DNA of 64,000 nt from the human T2T-CHM13v2.0 reference genome, Homo sapiens. The stretch lies in NCBI RefSeq assembly GCF_009914755.1, contig NC_060931.1. The stretch is one strand, 5' to 3'. A program made the translations under genes and the position numbers. The notes beneath the pieces are model-generated. The model had not been told where the DNA came from. It did not search any database and saw only the letters and a list, made by a program, of their open reading frames with translations. Positions 27,101-42,870 of this stretch are shown here, one piece after another. The first letter of the stretch is position 1. Every line of letters begins with the position of its first letter.

Positions 27101-28401
27101 CATAAAACATTACAAATTTTTGAGGATTTAATTACTTATTCATGTTCCTGTAATGTCTTTAGAAGATTTTCTTATTATTACCTATCAATATATGTATGCT
27201 TTGTCAAAGAAAAATCAAACATATATATCATTGAAATTGAAACTTTTTAAAAGTACTTATTAATTCTATTGAAAAACCACATCCATAGGAACAATTACAA
27301 TATTATATTGTGAACATGTAAATATATAACCTATGTTTATTTTATGTATAAGCATGTATGCTTAAAAATATAGTGAAAAATTTTTAAACCTAGTGTTATA
27401 AAGTAAAAATTAGTTAACTTCTGATGATTATTTGTTAATTAAGATAAAATTATTTTGATTTGGGTGATTTTAAATAAAGAAAAATATTAAATTACATGAC
27501 AAAAATTCTTTATAAAATGTTTATGATTTTTACATTGGTTTTATCACTTTATTCCACTATTTTATTTTAAGATGACCTGCCTTGTTTAAAACACTGTATT
27601 CATCTTAATGAAATTAGATTCCATTTGTAAATAAATTAACAAATGATTTGCTCTATTGTACAGCGCGGTTATAAACTGAGTCAGTATCTCAAGATTTGAT
27701 CCCCATTATCATCATCTGTGACCCTATTTGTTTTATAAATGTATTGTCTTTTTCCATGCCTGTCACATCTCTATTGCTCTTTCATTTTTCTCTTTGTCCC
27801 TTATAGGGAACATTGCCTATCTCTAGATTAAGCAAAAGTTGCATCATAAAAAAGCACAATAACCTGCTCGATCTTTCTCACACAGAGAAATGTTTGTTAA
27901 GTAATTAAAGTGTAGATGATGATACAAAGAGGTTGATTAAATTAGATGCCAAAGTACCCTTGTGATTCAGAATATGAATGATATTAATTTCTTTGAAATC
28001 ATTAATTGCTGAGTGACATTAATTAATGCCAATATTCCAGAAGATGTTCTAGTTAGTGAAATGTATACAACATGCAAGAACTCTGAAGGGCAATATTATT
28101 CTATAATTAAGAATTTAGAATTAATTCACATTAATTATTGGGGAGAAATAATTAAGAATTAATGACTGAGAAAATGTTTTTATATTTTATTTAGAAAATT
28201 ATTTTGTGCATAAGCATTACCGCAAGTTTTGCAAGAAACATAATTTTAAACAAAGAATTATGTGGACAAGATGAATTTAATAACATCTTGATATTTTCCA
28301 CGATTGCGGTTTTATTTTGTAAATCTTTAAATGCACACCATTTAAGGATAATAAATGAATCTTGGAAATCTTGTAGGTAGGGTTACATATTAGGATGCAT
28401 C

Positions 28402-28467
28402 CAGTTACATTTACACACACATACAGTTACATTTACACACACATACAGTTACATTTACACACACATA
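28402..28467 (+). repeat. 22-bp tandem repeat x3 (x2 in copy 1 at 10978-11021)
   Basis: CAGTTACATTTACACACACATA repeated exactly. Confidence 0.95.
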
Positions 28468-28777
28468 CATGCATACAGACTGATTCACCTGTGTATATAT
28501 ATATGAATTTACTAATTGATTTTAACTTATATTTATAAGAGCCAGTTGAATTGATATGTATTGTTGAACCTGAAAAATATTTATTATATACATTTTTAAA
28601 ATACACACAGATATAAATAGTAATTGCACTAGGCATTTGAAACTGTACTAAAATATAAGCTGTGAATATGTTGTGATCATTACAAATACACAGAATAAAT
28701 ATTTTTATTTTTACAATATTAATATGTTTGATACCTGTGTACATTTTTTTTACAATGTGTTATTTATTTTTGTCATA

Positions 28778-29119
28778 GAGTCATGTCATGCATAATAACA
28801 TTTTAGTCAAAGATGGATTACATATACAAAAGTGGTCCATTGAGATTATAATAGATATTTTTACATACTTTTCTACGTTTAAGTATTTTTAGATACATAA
28901 CCTCTTACCACTGTGTTCTTATTGCCTGCTGTATTCAGTACAGTAATGTAGTACACAGATTTGTAGCCTGGGAGAGAGAGGCTATACCATATAACCTAGA
29001 CGTGGTAGGCTGTACAATCTAGGTGTTTGTAATATTATCTGTGATGTTTGCAAAATGATGAAATTGCCTATGGATACATCTGTTAGAACGTATCCCTATC
29101 ATTCAGTGATGTGTGACTG
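28778..29119 (+). mobile_element. Tigger3a-like DNA transposon, copy 2
   Basis: Paralog of 11367-11708, TA flanks. Confidence 0.85.
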
Positions 29120-29659
29120 TACTAAATTGCTCAATGTCAGTTTCAATGCCCTCCATAAAATTGTTGTACTGTGAAATACAAATCTCTCACCCATGGCCTG
29201 AATATGTTTGCAAACTAAGCAGATCATGGGAAGGAGAATGTGCTGGCATGGCTGGGATAATTTTCTCACACTAAATGAATAATATCTACAGACTTCGTGA
29301 ATATGAGCCACTTTCATAGAGTTAAAGTAGGCATCTCTTTGCTGGGAAATTTATCAAATGGGAGTATGAAGTGTTTTTAAAAGATACTTGTTTGTTTGTA
29401 GCTGGTAGGCCTACAGTGGCTCATGGCAATGGTTGAGGTTGCTAAGATTTGGTGGAAGAAGGCAAAATGAAATGGCCACTTATATGGTATATGGTATATG
29501 GATCACTTGTTTCTGTTGAGTTACAGACTCAGCTGGCTATTTCTCCCAATGTTAGTTATTTGGAGAAAAAAACGTGATGGTAATTTTGGGGTAACAAATA
29601 CAATATTTGATGAAAGCAAATTTATTGAGGGTTAGACAAACTACAAGATACTTTAGGCT

Positions 29660-30020
29660 GCAAAGTCAACACGAGACTTCTGGCCCAAATTGTGCAGAGT
29701 TTGCGTCCAGCTGCACAGTTCAAAGGAAGAGGCCATGTAAGAATATTCTCACTTCTGACACCAACTGCCATTTCAGGGGTTTCCCCTGAACACCCTCAGT
29801 TTCTAGAATTTACTAGAAAGACTCACAGAACTCATTGAATGCCATTGTACTCATAGTTTATAATACAGAAAGGGTAGAAATTAGGACCAATTGAAGAGAC
29901 ATATCATATAAGGTGGAATCTAGGAGATTTTGAATGTTAAGTTTCCATTGTCTTCAGGACATATTACCTGTCGTTGTACAGCAATAAACATGGAGTACTA
30001 CCAACCTGGGGAGCTCACCT
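29660..30020 (-). mobile_element. MER21-group LTR fragment, copy 2
   Basis: Paralog of 12255-12620. Confidence 0.6.
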
Positions 30021-30024
30021 GATG

Positions 30025-32587
30025 CTAAAAAGACACTATTTTGAAAATGAAAAGACAAATGAAAGGATGAGATAAGATGACGTTCCACATTAAGGCACTG
30101 GAACGAATAGCAAACTAAACCTAAAGCAAGCAGAAGGAAGAAAATAAAAATTAGAGAATTTAATAATTTATAATATTTGTTAGTGTTGAATAATTCATAT
30201 TATTTCTTGACTAGCTTTTTTAAAAGAGAGAAATATTCCCTTCCCAATTTATTCTGTGGGGCCAGTGTTACCTTGATACAAAAATTAGTCCAAATAGCAT
30301 AGAAAAATAAAACTACTATAAGTATAAATGCAAAATTCCTTAAAAAATAGTAACAAATCAGATCTAGCAACATATAAAAGAATTATACACTATGACAAAG
30401 TGAAATTTATACAAGTAATCCCAGGTTGGTTTAACAGCCCAAAGTCCATTAAGGTAATACATCTTATCCACAGAATAAGAAACGAGAATTGCATGATCAT
30501 CTCGATAAATTCGGAAAAGACATTTAACAAAATCCAAATGCTTTAATGATTAAAAATAAAAATAAAAACTCAATGAACCAGGAATAGAGAACTTTCTACA
30601 CCAGATACATGGCACCTGTGAAAAGCCAACAGCAAGCATGCAACTTAATGGCAAAGGATGCTTTCCTGCTATGGTCAGAGATAAGAATAGGATATATACT
30701 TTGACCTCTTCTAGTCAACACTGTACTAAAGATTTTATGCAGGGCAAATCGGCAACTAAACAAAAAAGAGTCACCCATACTGAACAGGAAGAAATAAAAC
30801 TTCATTTGAAAAAACATTCTTGTATATAGAAAATTTTAAGGAATACACTGAACGATAGAACTCGTAAATTATTTCAGCAATATTACAGCATACAAGATAA
30901 ATGTACAAAAAATCAATTGCACACACCTACAATGAAAACCCCAAAATGAAATTAAGAAAACACTTCAATTTAAAATAGCATCAAAAAAAGAAATAATAAT
31001 TAATTTGGAAAATGTGTTACAAGATTTTACTCTGAAAATTAAAAATTATTGTTTAAAGAATATCTAAATAGTTAGCAAACATCTACCACCCATGAATTGG
31101 AAGTTTTAATATTGTAGTACTTTACAATTTAAATTACAGTTTTGATGAAATCCCTGCAAGTATCCCAACAGACTTCTGTGTAGAAACTGACAAGCTGATT
31201 CTAAAATACACATGGAAATGTAAGGGACTCAAAATAGCCAAAATAATATTTAAAAAAGAAAACATGTTAGGATAATTCACACCCCCATGCTCCAAACCTT
31301 ACTGCAAAGTATCAGTAATCAAGACAACACAATACTGATGAAGGAAAAATATATAGATTGATGGAAGAGAATTGAGAGTCCATATATAAAACTATATGTC
31401 TCTAGTCAATGGATTCTTACAGTGGTGCCATGTGAAATTCAATGAGGAATAGACAGTCTTTGAACAAACTGGGTCAACAACGTACACGTGGATCACCACT
31501 TGCAAAATAATAAATTCGAACCCTTACCCCAAAGCATACAAAAATATTAACTCAAATGAATTAAAGACACACATGCAAGAGCTAGAATAAAGCATATGGG
31601 AAAAACTTCAGGATTTTGGATCTAGCAAAGAAATAGCTGTAACCCCAAAAACATGAGCAACAAAATAAAAATTAGATATTTAAAATTTCTTAAAAATTAA
31701 AGACATTGGTGTTTCAAAGGACAACCAAGCAAGTCAAAAGGCAGCTCAAAAATTGTGAGAAGATATTTGAAAAACACGTATCTATATGTCTGTATATATA
31801 TGTACCTTGAATATAGAAAAATTGTTTTAACTCAGTAACAAATATCCCAACTCAAAACTGATAAATGATAGGAATAGATGTGTTTCCCAAGAAGATGCAC
31901 GAATGGTCAATAATCCCATAAAAAGATACTCAATAGCATCACTCATCAGGCAACTACAAATCAAAACCACAGTTAGATACTCTATGGCTAGAACTGGCCA
32001 CTTTGGAAAATAATTTGATGGCTTTTAAATATGTTAAACATAGAATTGTCATATGGCCCAGAAATGTATTCTTAGGTATACACCCAGATTATTGGAAAGT
32101 GGTGTTCAAACGCAAATTGTACACAAGTATTTTTAGCAGCAGTATTTAAAATAGCCAAAGGCTGAACACAACTCAAATGACAACAAAAATATTATTGGAT
32201 AAACAAAATGTTATATCCATGAAATTGAATGTTATACAGTTATAAAAAGAAATAAAGTACCAATACGTACATGAACCTTGATAGCATTATGCCAACTGAA
32301 AGAAGCCAGGCAGTAAAGGCCACCTATTGTATGATTCTATTTAGATGAAAACAGAATAGGAAAATCTATAGAGACAGAAAACAGATTTGTGGTTGCTTAG
32401 GATTGAGTAGGGGATGGGTGCATAGGAGGTTAACAGTTAGAGAAGGTGGGGTTTCTTTTTGAAGTGATGAAAATGCTCTAAAATTCATTGTGATGATGGC
32501 TCCACTTATCTATGCACATACTAAAAGCGACTGACTTATAGACATTAATGTGTGCACTCTACACTATATAAATTATATCTCAATAAA
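30025..32587 (+). mobile_element. L1MB-like LINE-1: degenerate ORF2 and 3' UTR
   Basis: The ORF at 30328-30546 translates to RT-like text (KRIIHYDKVKFI..GWFN..SINSEKTFNKIQ). The 3' end has GGGGTTTCTTTTTGAAGTGATGAAAATG and AATTATATCTCAATAAA. Many stops and frameshifts. Confidence 0.85.
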
Positions 32588-32629
32588 TCCTTTCAAAGAT
32601 ACACAGAAGAGTAAGGGGTTTTGGAATGT

Positions 32630-32950
32630 TGCAGCTGGGAGGCAGTTTGAAATACTGAATAGGCCTCATTGAGAATGTGAAGTTTCAGTAAAGACTTGAG
32701 GAAGTTGAATGAGCTGATCAATGGATATATGGAGGGCTATCTTTCCAAGCCAAGAAATTAACTAGAGTCTTGGTCATAAGTCAGCAGCATGTTGGCATGT
32801 CCAGAGGACAAGTGAGGTGGCCAGGACCACTGGTAAATCAAGGGTGAAGATGTAAAAGAATTTTGGCGGTTAACATGTGGCAGATCATGATGGGCTTGCA
32901 GACCATTGTAAGAATTGTTGTTTTTAGTGTACATGAAATGGGGAGACAAG
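32630..32950 (-). mobile_element. L2 LINE fragment
   Basis: AGGCCTCATTGAGAATGTGA...CAGATCATGATGGGCTTGCAGACCATTGTAAGAA resembles antisense L2. Confidence 0.65.
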
Positions 32951-34544
32951 TCATTATCCCATTATCAATATTTTAATAAATTGGATCCATGAACCAAATA
33001 CAATGAGATTAAATCAATAAATAATAATATGTAAATTTGTATTAAAATTACAAGAATTCCTTGCATATTTGAGAACAGGAGAGTCATGATTGTTTATCAG
33101 CAATAATAAACATTATTAATTTTAATGGTGATCAGCTAATTGAGATTAATTGCAATACATCATGCTGTATAATGTGACTGTCAAAAGGAAAATATGATTG
33201 TAATCTTATACTACATCTATCAATGTCTTTGATTCATAAGACTATACAGTAAGCCCCTAGTTTTCAAAGCCAACTTTTGAGGCAGTGACATCTTATGCAA
33301 GTTTGCTGCTTTCTGCCACAGTGATCCTTGGTCAGCTGGCACAAATTGTTTTACAAACGCCCCTACGTCTAAAAATAGTTTGGATCACAATGAACACAGA
33401 AACACCTTCATCCCTTCAGGAATACCTATCAATTACTTCCAACACAGAATGAAGAATTGACAAAGGAAATATGTGGATTGTAAAAATGCCAGTTAGCTTG
33501 CATCTACATGAAAGAAAAATGCCATTTTTATTACATTAGATCATTGTTTCACATGAGTTTTGGTATAGCACAATGTTGAACCAAGGGCAAAGAGAAATGA
33601 ATTAATGAAGTCTAAAGATATCAAGAATTTGAAAGAAAAGGCAGTTCATCTTTGAAGGTTAGTGACATAGCATTCATCTTCTGTTGTCACCTTTCCCGTC
33701 ATTCCCTGTATGTCTGATGGACAGGTTTCACTCAAGTTCAGAGAACAGCATGCAAAATTAGCTACCAATTAATCTTTATGGAGAGAGCTGCATTTCTAGC
33801 CAGACTGAGCTTACATTTTAACAGGAAGCATTTTTGGGAAATGTTTATGTTAGAGTTTGCCCTTCTTGACAAGGTGAGACATAAATGTCTATATTATAGA
33901 CATGAATTAAGATGGGAAGATATTTGGGGGAATCATTTACTCAAACGCTAAATAATAAAGGTACACAAAGGGCAAATTATACTAGATTTCTTTCCCACTT
34001 GTTTTCTATGTCTCATGCAATTCACCTTGATTCCCTTCAGTTTCTGTTTAATGTAGAAAGTGGTATTTTCATTATTGTAAGCTTCTAGCACAATGAAGGA
34101 ATTTCTCTCTTTCATGAACAGGATCATAAATGAAAGGGAGGAAGAGTGTCCTCTACCATGTTTATTGTTCAACAAAACTCTGCTCCACGGCTTAAATTAA
34201 GTTTAAAAAAGAGAATTTGTTGAACATCTAACGTATCCATAAAAGACAGTAAAGACAAATGAGAAGAGGAGAGGATATTGAGGTATACAGACTTCAATGC
34301 TGAGTTTTATATCTTAGGAAGTTACTCCACCTTACAGAGGCTCAATTTCCCCTGATTTAGGAAGGCGATGCAAATGGGTATTGCATAGGTGTAAGTAGAA
34401 AAATGTTGTATTTAAGAGAATCCCACAAGCTTGGTATAAGGCAGAAAATAAATAGGTGAGACATGAATAAGTAGTTTATTACATTTGTATGCTACCTGCG
34501 GACTAGACGAAGCAAGAAACACAGCAACTATGCTTGATTAGCAT

Positions 34545-34780
34545 TATACAGATGGTACAATGATGGTTGTCAGAAGCTGGAGGGAGGAAGAAATGGGGAA
34601 GTATTATTTAATGGGTATAGAGTTTCAGTTTTACAAGATGAAATGAATTATGGAGATGGATGGTAGGGACGGCTGCACAATGTTATGACTATATTTAGAA
34701 CCACGGAACTGTACACTTAAAATGGTTAACAGAGTACATTTTATGTTATGTGTATTTTACCCCAATAAAAAAATAAAATA
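34545..34780 (+). mobile_element. L1MB/L1MA 3' end fragment
   Basis: AATGGGTATAGAGTTTCAGTTTTACAAGATGAA...GAACTGTACACTTAAAATGGTTAA...AATAAAAAAA. Confidence 0.8.
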
Positions 34781-35664
34781 CCTTTGGAACATTTTCATGA
34801 AAAAGCCCACATAAAATTCATTTTAATGCATGTGTTTATACATAGCTTTCTATTTTTCTCTTTTCTGTTTATATTTCAAATTCTAATCAGAGAAGGGAAT
34901 CCCCTCTTTACCTCCAGGATATTCAGTAAAGACCACTGGAGGTTCATGCCATAGTGAAAGTGCTCATTTAGCTCCAAATTACAGATGGCTCTAGACTAAC
35001 TCCACAAAGTTTAAAGAGAAGATTTAAAACAACAACAGAAAAATACTCATCCTGAAGTTACTGAACTGCCTGCCACAACATTGTTCAAAGGTAGCCAATA
35101 AAATCTAGATATTCAATAGCATAACATCAACATACCCCCCAAAAAACTCTGACATGCAAAGAAGCCGTAAGATATATATGATTAAGATATATATTAACAG
35201 GGTAAAATAAGTCACTTATAAATGACAGAAAAGAAGGAAATTTCAAGGTCCTTAAAGTAAATATATTTTATAAATACATATAGATAACTACATATATATG
35301 TCAAGGTACTTAAATGAAAATTCAACATAGGAGAAAAATAGAATTTATAAAATGAATAATGAGACATACATAGATGAAAAATAAATATTTGAAATACAAA
35401 TCCCATGAGATAGAATAAGTAATGGATTTTACGCTAACATCAGAAAATTTATAGAAAAAAAAGAAGCTTTACAAACTAAAGGACAAAGGGTAAACTAAAA
35501 TAAGAAAGCTAGAAACTCACTGATACATCAGACAATATGCAGCAGTGTAACATACATGTAATCAATATCTCAAAAAGGATGGGTGGGGGAATTATAGGTG
35601 AATAAAGAATGGTACACTCATTCCTGAGGGCACCAAGGAGGGAGGATAGCTTTAGATTCCTAAG

Positions 35665-35790
35665 GGAGGGTATTATCGATTCATGAAGGTCCAACCCCAT
35701 GACCAAACACCTCCCAGTGAGCCCCACCTGCAACATTGGGGATCAAATTTTAACATGAGATTGGAAGGGGCAAGCATTCAAACCATAGCA
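35665..35790 (-). mobile_element. MST-type MaLR LTR fragment
   Basis: CCCCATGACCAAACACCTCCC..GCCCCACC..CAACATTGGGGATCAAATT..CAAACCATAGCA. Confidence 0.8.
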
Positions 35791-37159
35791 AGAGTTAAAC
35801 TTCCTTTTTAAGAAAATCACCGATATGATTCCATTTCGCCATAGATAGAAACTAGTATTTCAGCCTACCATTGAGTGTGCTTATAGGTCATCAAAAGGGC
35901 ACTCTGTCTCGGGAATACAGATTTGCCTAGAGGTATCCAATTGCAGTCAAAGAAAGAGCAATGAGGGATAGAAAAGGTTAGTGATGGAGAAACCAGCGCT
36001 GCATTTTGCAACAAACAATGTAAAAACTTTACGGATTGGTTCTGCTAACTTACTACAGTTTACATTCCTCTCAGGTGGGAGAATTATTGCGTTTTTTCTT
36101 AAGATAGAAAAACAATTCAGATAATCTGAAATCTCCACAAGAAGGATAAGAAGCAGAGAAGAAATTATTCTAGGCAGGAAGTCAATCCTTTCAACTGTCT
36201 GTGCTCCATAGGAACAATTGTCTGCACTGGGATCATATGAGGTACAGACCACAGCCAGACCTCTGATCCTCTCATTAGTGATTTCAGAAGAAATTACCAG
36301 TGAACTGAGTAACTCACTGAGTAAAGTAAACATTTGGCACTGAAAGAGGTTAGACGGATAACTATTTGTATCACCATATTCATGAAGCTGGAATATGTTC
36401 CAATACTGGTATCACATCCGAATGGAAGATATTAAAAGGTCTCTCATCTTGTAAGATGGATATGAAAGAACATTTTCTGAGAAATGAAATTATTAACACA
36501 CCTGCGAGGTGGATGGAAGAGAAAAAAAGAATAATCAGCTTGAGTTCTTCTCCTTGATAAGACAACTCACTAAAAACATAAAGAGAAAAATACAAGTTTA
36601 AAATAATTAATCAGAAGAAGAAGACTCTAGAGATTTTAAATTGCTGGTAAGATTTTAATTTTCTCCAAGTTGAAAATAATTATATTGCTTGTGTTTTAAG
36701 GCACATAATGAGCAATTATAGCACACATGATAGTTTCAGCAGTAAAATATGATCCATTAACAGCTGGAACTCATAACAGCATAGCACAATGTGAAGATGG
36801 AATTTGCTAAAATAAACCATCTGCTGAAAACTACTATTCTGCAAATTTAAAAATAAAGTTTAAATGTTATTTGTCTTATTTAATAGGTCTGTGAAAAAAA
36901 TGCGCTATTTGAAAAGTAGCTGCTACCTTAATTAATTCTTTATATTAGACAGCTGGTTACAGTAATGCACAGTAAAGTGCTATAAAGATATATTGCCAAA
37001 TTTTCTGCATATACTATGTATTTGGCTTAAAGTATTTGAAATTTTATAGTTAAAATAACAAATGTATATTTAAATGTTTTGACACAAATTGCAAATATAC
37101 CTTTAAAAAGCGTCTTACACTCTAAATATTATTTGTCACCTACATATTTGTCTTTTCTC

Positions 37160-38088
<929 letters not shown>

Positions 38089-39065
38089 CTCCATATTTAC
38101 AATAAATATTATTGTGATTTTTAATCGTTTCTGTGGAGAAAACACAGGTGTGATTTCTAGTGTAGCTGAACATCGTTTATTTGACAATATTGCAGTTGTG
38201 TGTGGGTGTGTGCGTGTGTAGCTACTTTTTAATTTGATTCTCACATAATGATTAGATATCAACAATTAATTCAGTAAAATGTATGTTTTGCAATATTTCT
38301 CGATGTTATTCTGCTTTAAATTAGTTGAATCATGTCCCTATGATGTGTACATTTTAACCTTTGACTATAGGTCTCAATCTTACTTTGGATCCTGTATTTC
38401 AATTTATGCTAATAAAGTCCTACAGATAAAAAAGATTATATAAACTTATCTACATTTTTATTAGTATTCTAGTGTCATTTTAAATTATGTAATGAAATCA
38501 AATTTTAATTTGGATTATTGTTATCTGAGTTAAGGATCTAAATTTTTAATTTTCTTATAAACATTACATAATTATTTCTGAACCATATATTGACTAATCT
38601 GCCCTTTATATGATGTGCATTATAAGAGCTTAGGATTGTTCCATTTGCAAAGATGAATGCTTCAGAAACAGATATTTAATCATAACATTTCAAAATCTAC
38701 TGGATATCCTAGAATTGAAAAACAGCCTATAGGTTGAAAAACTCCTGTAGTGAAGAAAGAAAATAACTAATATACAGTGACAATATAAATATTGTAAGTA
38801 TTTATTTTATTATCAGCCTGAAGTTTGATAATACAAACATGTAATATCTACATATCATCCATGTATCAGGTCATAAAAAATCAATACATTCTTCAAAAAT
38901 TTAACATAACAGAAAATCCACTCTCTCTCCTTGACGGAATGAAGTTACAAATAAAAGTAAAAATAAGTAGTTAAGTAGATGGAAATAGATGTTTAAAAAC
39001 AAAGAAAAATATTTGTTTTGGATAACATAAAATCTCAATTGACAATTCCAATATTTCCAGAACTT

Positions 39066-39257
39066 TGCCTGTCAACTGGTGGAGAGTTTTCCCCAGGAGA
39101 CATTTGTCAATGTCTAGGGTTATTGTGGGGATGTCAAGACTGGTGGAGGTGGGAAATTTAGAGGTCTAACGAAACACCTGGCATTGCTAGGGCAGCCACC
39201 CACAACAAAGAATCCTCTGGTCCTAAAGGTAAGTAGCACCAAGGTTCAGAAACCATA
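39066..39257 (+). mobile_element. MER20 hAT-Charlie MITE, diverged
   Basis: CCCCAGGAGACATTTGTCAATGTCT...CCACAACAAAGAAT...AAGGTTCAGAAACC. Confidence 0.75.
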
Positions 39258-39372
39258 ATCTAGACAGGAAACACTATGTAGCTATTCCAAGTGCTCAGGA
39301 AAACACATCAGTGCCCTCGAGGGGAAAAGTGTAAACATTTTAATTGCTGTACCTGGTGACACAAATCCATGT

Positions 39373-39825
39373 TGTTAATCTAAGTGGAAGGAGCTGAAGC
39401 ACAAAACGTAATTCAAAGAGTTTACTTGAGCCACAATGAGGACAGCTGCCTGGAAGAAACAGACCCAAGTATCCTTGGTTATGAACTCCCTTTGGAGCTT
39501 TGCAACAAGCAGTTTCTTAAAGGCAAAAAAGGTTCCAGAAATGGGATAATGCAAAGAGGTTTGTCACAAATTCTCATTGGCTTATGGAAATAACATTTAT
39601 TAGTGACTGGCTATACACTGTTACACTATTATTGGGTGTGGATTATAGTGTCTGGTGTGGCGTTATTGGTTAATTTATAGCTACTGTGGCAACAGCAAGC
39701 AGCCTAGATGAACACACAGCTCAAAGACGAACAGGACAGAACTGTTGCCTCATTTGAATATCTCTCTGGGCCTGATTATTTAAAAGGACTTGCACTTCTC
39801 ACAGGAAAGTTATTTTCTTTTCTCA
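39373..39825 (-). mobile_element. ERV1 (MER4-group, MER93-like) solo LTR
   Basis: TG...CA termini with exact 4-bp TSD ATGT (39369-72 / 39826-29). CTCTCTGGGCCTGAT..TTTAAAAGGACTTGCA..TTTTCTTTTCTCA near the end. Confidence 0.75.
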
Positions 39826-39989
39826 ATGTCCATAAATGAGAATAAATAGACCTAAAATAGATCTTTTCGAGGGTGAAGTAAATGGAATGAAAAACAAAAC
39901 CCAAGCTGACCAGAAATCATAGAGGGAAGAAAACGTTATAAATATATGGATTTTTCAAAGTGATTTTAAACTATTAGGAATCAGTTAAA

Positions 39990-40555
39990 TGTTGGGGGAT
40001 TTTGTCTGAGAATGGTCTAAAGGAGAATGTCCCTTTTGCCTTCTGAAGTTTCCCTGAAAATCACTAATAGGAGGCAGATAAATAGTAGAAAAGGCATACA
40101 GGTTTCTGCAATGTGTGTACACTGGAGCCCTTAGAACGAAGACCCAGACACACGATGCGTGAAGAAGCTTATCTATCACATGAAGTTTACAGAAAGAATG
40201 GGGTCTTGGATCACAGGGAAAAAAAGAAAAAGGTTATGTGAGGAAACGAAACTGGCTAGGAACAGTGGACTTATTACATAGGTGGAACCTCACTGGGAGC
40301 AGTCCTCAGAGAGAATAGACAGAAAATGCTTCTTTCAGACCTTTGGAGACCTCAGACTCTCAGTTAATTTTCCTATATCCAGACAAGGGGGCAGACCTCA
40401 GAGAAAGCCTGGCTGCATCAAGGCAGATTCTCTACCGATGCAAATCTCCCCAAAACAGCTTTGCAGCTAAGTTTGCATTTCCAGCCCTTCTCAATAGCCA
40501 TTTTGATATATATCAAGGAAATATATTTAGGGGTAAAATATATTAGTTTCCCTCA
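39990..40555 (-). mobile_element. MER34-family ERV1 solo LTR
   Basis: TG...CA termini, flanks TAAA/TACA. AAATATATTTAGGGGTAAAATAT..TTTCCCTCA is the reverse of the recalled MER34 start. Confidence 0.75.
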
Positions 40556-40559
40556 TACA

Positions 40560-41870
40560 GCTATAAAACATACAGGAATAATTTTTGTCAATGTCTACTA
40601 CAAATCCAATATAGCAGTAATTATAAAACCCACCAGATATTGAAGAAAAAATATGTAGAGTACCTCAATTACAAATGTTGATACTAAAATGCCAAATAAA
40701 ATAAAAATAATATCCAACAATATTTGAAAGAGTAAGACAAGAAATTGGCAAAAAAAAAATATCCACCTTGGGGATGAAAGTGTGTTTCCAAATTTGGTAA
40801 TCCAATAATATTAATAATCATACTGATTATCCCAAATTAAAAATAAATAGGGGATTCTCAGTATATGCTAAAATATATTCTTTAAAAGGAAATATTCATG
40901 TCTTTAAAGATTTTAAATGCTATAAAGAGTCTGATATTCTATAGGCAAACGTGTATGTCCACTAGAAGAAGAGAGGCCTGATTTTCATATGTTACTATAT
41001 AGAGATAGAGAAGTGGATAGATTAATTTGCCTATGCATAGGGAAAGCATAAAATAGAAATTTACTCTCATATTAAAGGAATTTTAATTCAACAATAAAAT
41101 AATTCAAAGGTAAAATTTTAAATATTTTAACAGATACATTATTAATATTAGATAATATTTATAACAGTTGTGAAAATATTTAATGCTAAAATAAGATACA
41201 ATGTTTAAACATCAGTATTAAAACTACTATAAATATTTGCTTGTTTATACAAGGAAAATTCAAGCTCGACCTAAAATTATATGGGAAATAAAAGAAAAAT
41301 TTTAAGGGAGCTCTTTAATAACAAAAACATATATATATACACACACACATATAACATGTATCTATGTTATATGGGATATATATATATTTAACATGTTATA
41401 TCTATATTTGTATCTATAACTACAGCTGTATGTATCCACATTTCTATATATTTACTCAGTGATATAAATATAGACGGGAATAAATAAAAGGACACATATG
41501 ATTCTTGGATTAAAAGGATTTAGTATCATAAAGACAAATACTTTCCAAATTCACTTATGAATTCACAACAATATACAGTTTCATTAGTACAATTTACAAT
41601 TTTTAAATAAACTCCTATATCCATTTAATGGAATATACATGTATAAAAGCAGCCAAGAAAGAAGCAAGAGTGCACTAAGCTAACTTGCTATTAAAATACA
41701 TTTGTAAACTTAGTCAGTAAAACTGAGCAGTACTGATTTGGAGTACTGGAATTTAGGTATATGGGATCTCAAATGCACAGAGCTAAAAGGAGACCCCTGT
41801 ATGCACGAGAGCTTAGGATGTGCTTTAGAAGGCATTACCAAACCACGGGCAATGTTACTTTAGTGTCTTA
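40560..41870 (+). mobile_element. Old L1M fragments with AT-rich low-complexity inserts
   Basis: A-rich L1-like blocks, e.g. 41480-41760 (gattcttggattaaaagg, aacttgctattaaaatacatt). Boundaries approximate. Confidence 0.45.
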
Positions 41871-42870
41871 GTCTTACTAGGTTTGAAAAGCCACAGAAAA
41901 GACTCAAGAACACTATATAAGAGCGAAACAAAAGGACAGGGAGAGAATGTGAAGATACTGAAATATTTTACATAAAGTTGTATAAAATATCCTTTAAAGA
42001 AAATATAAAGTTTATGATATACATCAAAATCAGCAGAGCCACTAAATAAATAAATAGGCATTGTAAAATAACAAGAGAAAATTTAAATGGATTTCTAAAA
42101 AATATTGACCCCTATGATTTTTAAAATATGTTTAAGAAATCCCGTATTTCACAGGGCAGCCTTTCACAACACAGATATATTAGGACATAAAGGTCCTTCT
42201 GTTTTTAATTTACTAGTGTTTATAGGGTTACAAATGTCTTCTACCCTTGTCTTTTGTCTGATGGTGCAAAAAATTTTCATCAGCATGTGTTTCTGAATGC
42301 CTGATGAATTGACATATATAATAAGCTGCTAGTATTAAAATACGTGACATAAAACGCATCCAATCTTCTCACTGTTTACATAAATTCTAGGTTTCTCCTA
42401 TTTACCTCAAGCACGCATGGAGCGAATTCTTACCTTTTAATATTGCCATGGCATTCACATTGAACATACGTTGAACTCTCTCATATGGTAGCTGGGTTCG
42501 GATTCCCTTGACAATTTCCAGTTCTAACCCTCACAGTTCCTCAGTGTGGCTGGCCCAGTTATTGACCCTACACAGTTGCCTCCTCCTGGTGACTACCAGC
42601 TATGGAACCGTTTGATACAACCTACCTGACTCACCCCACAGACCTCACAGTGCATATGGACAGCCCCCACACGCCAGAGTGACCTGCTCGGTTGCAGCGG
42701 GAGTCAAGAAATGTGCCTGCTGGCACTCACCCCACCGACTAGTGCCCCGTGGAAAACTTATTTGGATAATGTTCTGGGCCCAATAAAGGCTGGAGTCCCA
42801 CAGATCCCTTTTCTCTCTCCTGCTCCCCACTCACCTTCCCTATTTTGTTCAGCCCTATGAGGTGTGCTAC

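Larger units (their letters stand above)
24185..30364 (+). repeat. Segmental duplication block A' (copy 2)
   Basis: Paralog of 6754-12965. Begins abruptly at the satellite end (GGAATCATCATC|ATTTCTCGAACTCC). Confidence 0.97.

Noticed and set aside
35947-36333. 128-aa ATG-initiated ORF in apparently non-repeat DNA
   Set aside because: No recognisable motif or family and no splice or promoter support. One ORF of this length is plausible by chance. A tblastn or PhyloCSF hit would be needed.
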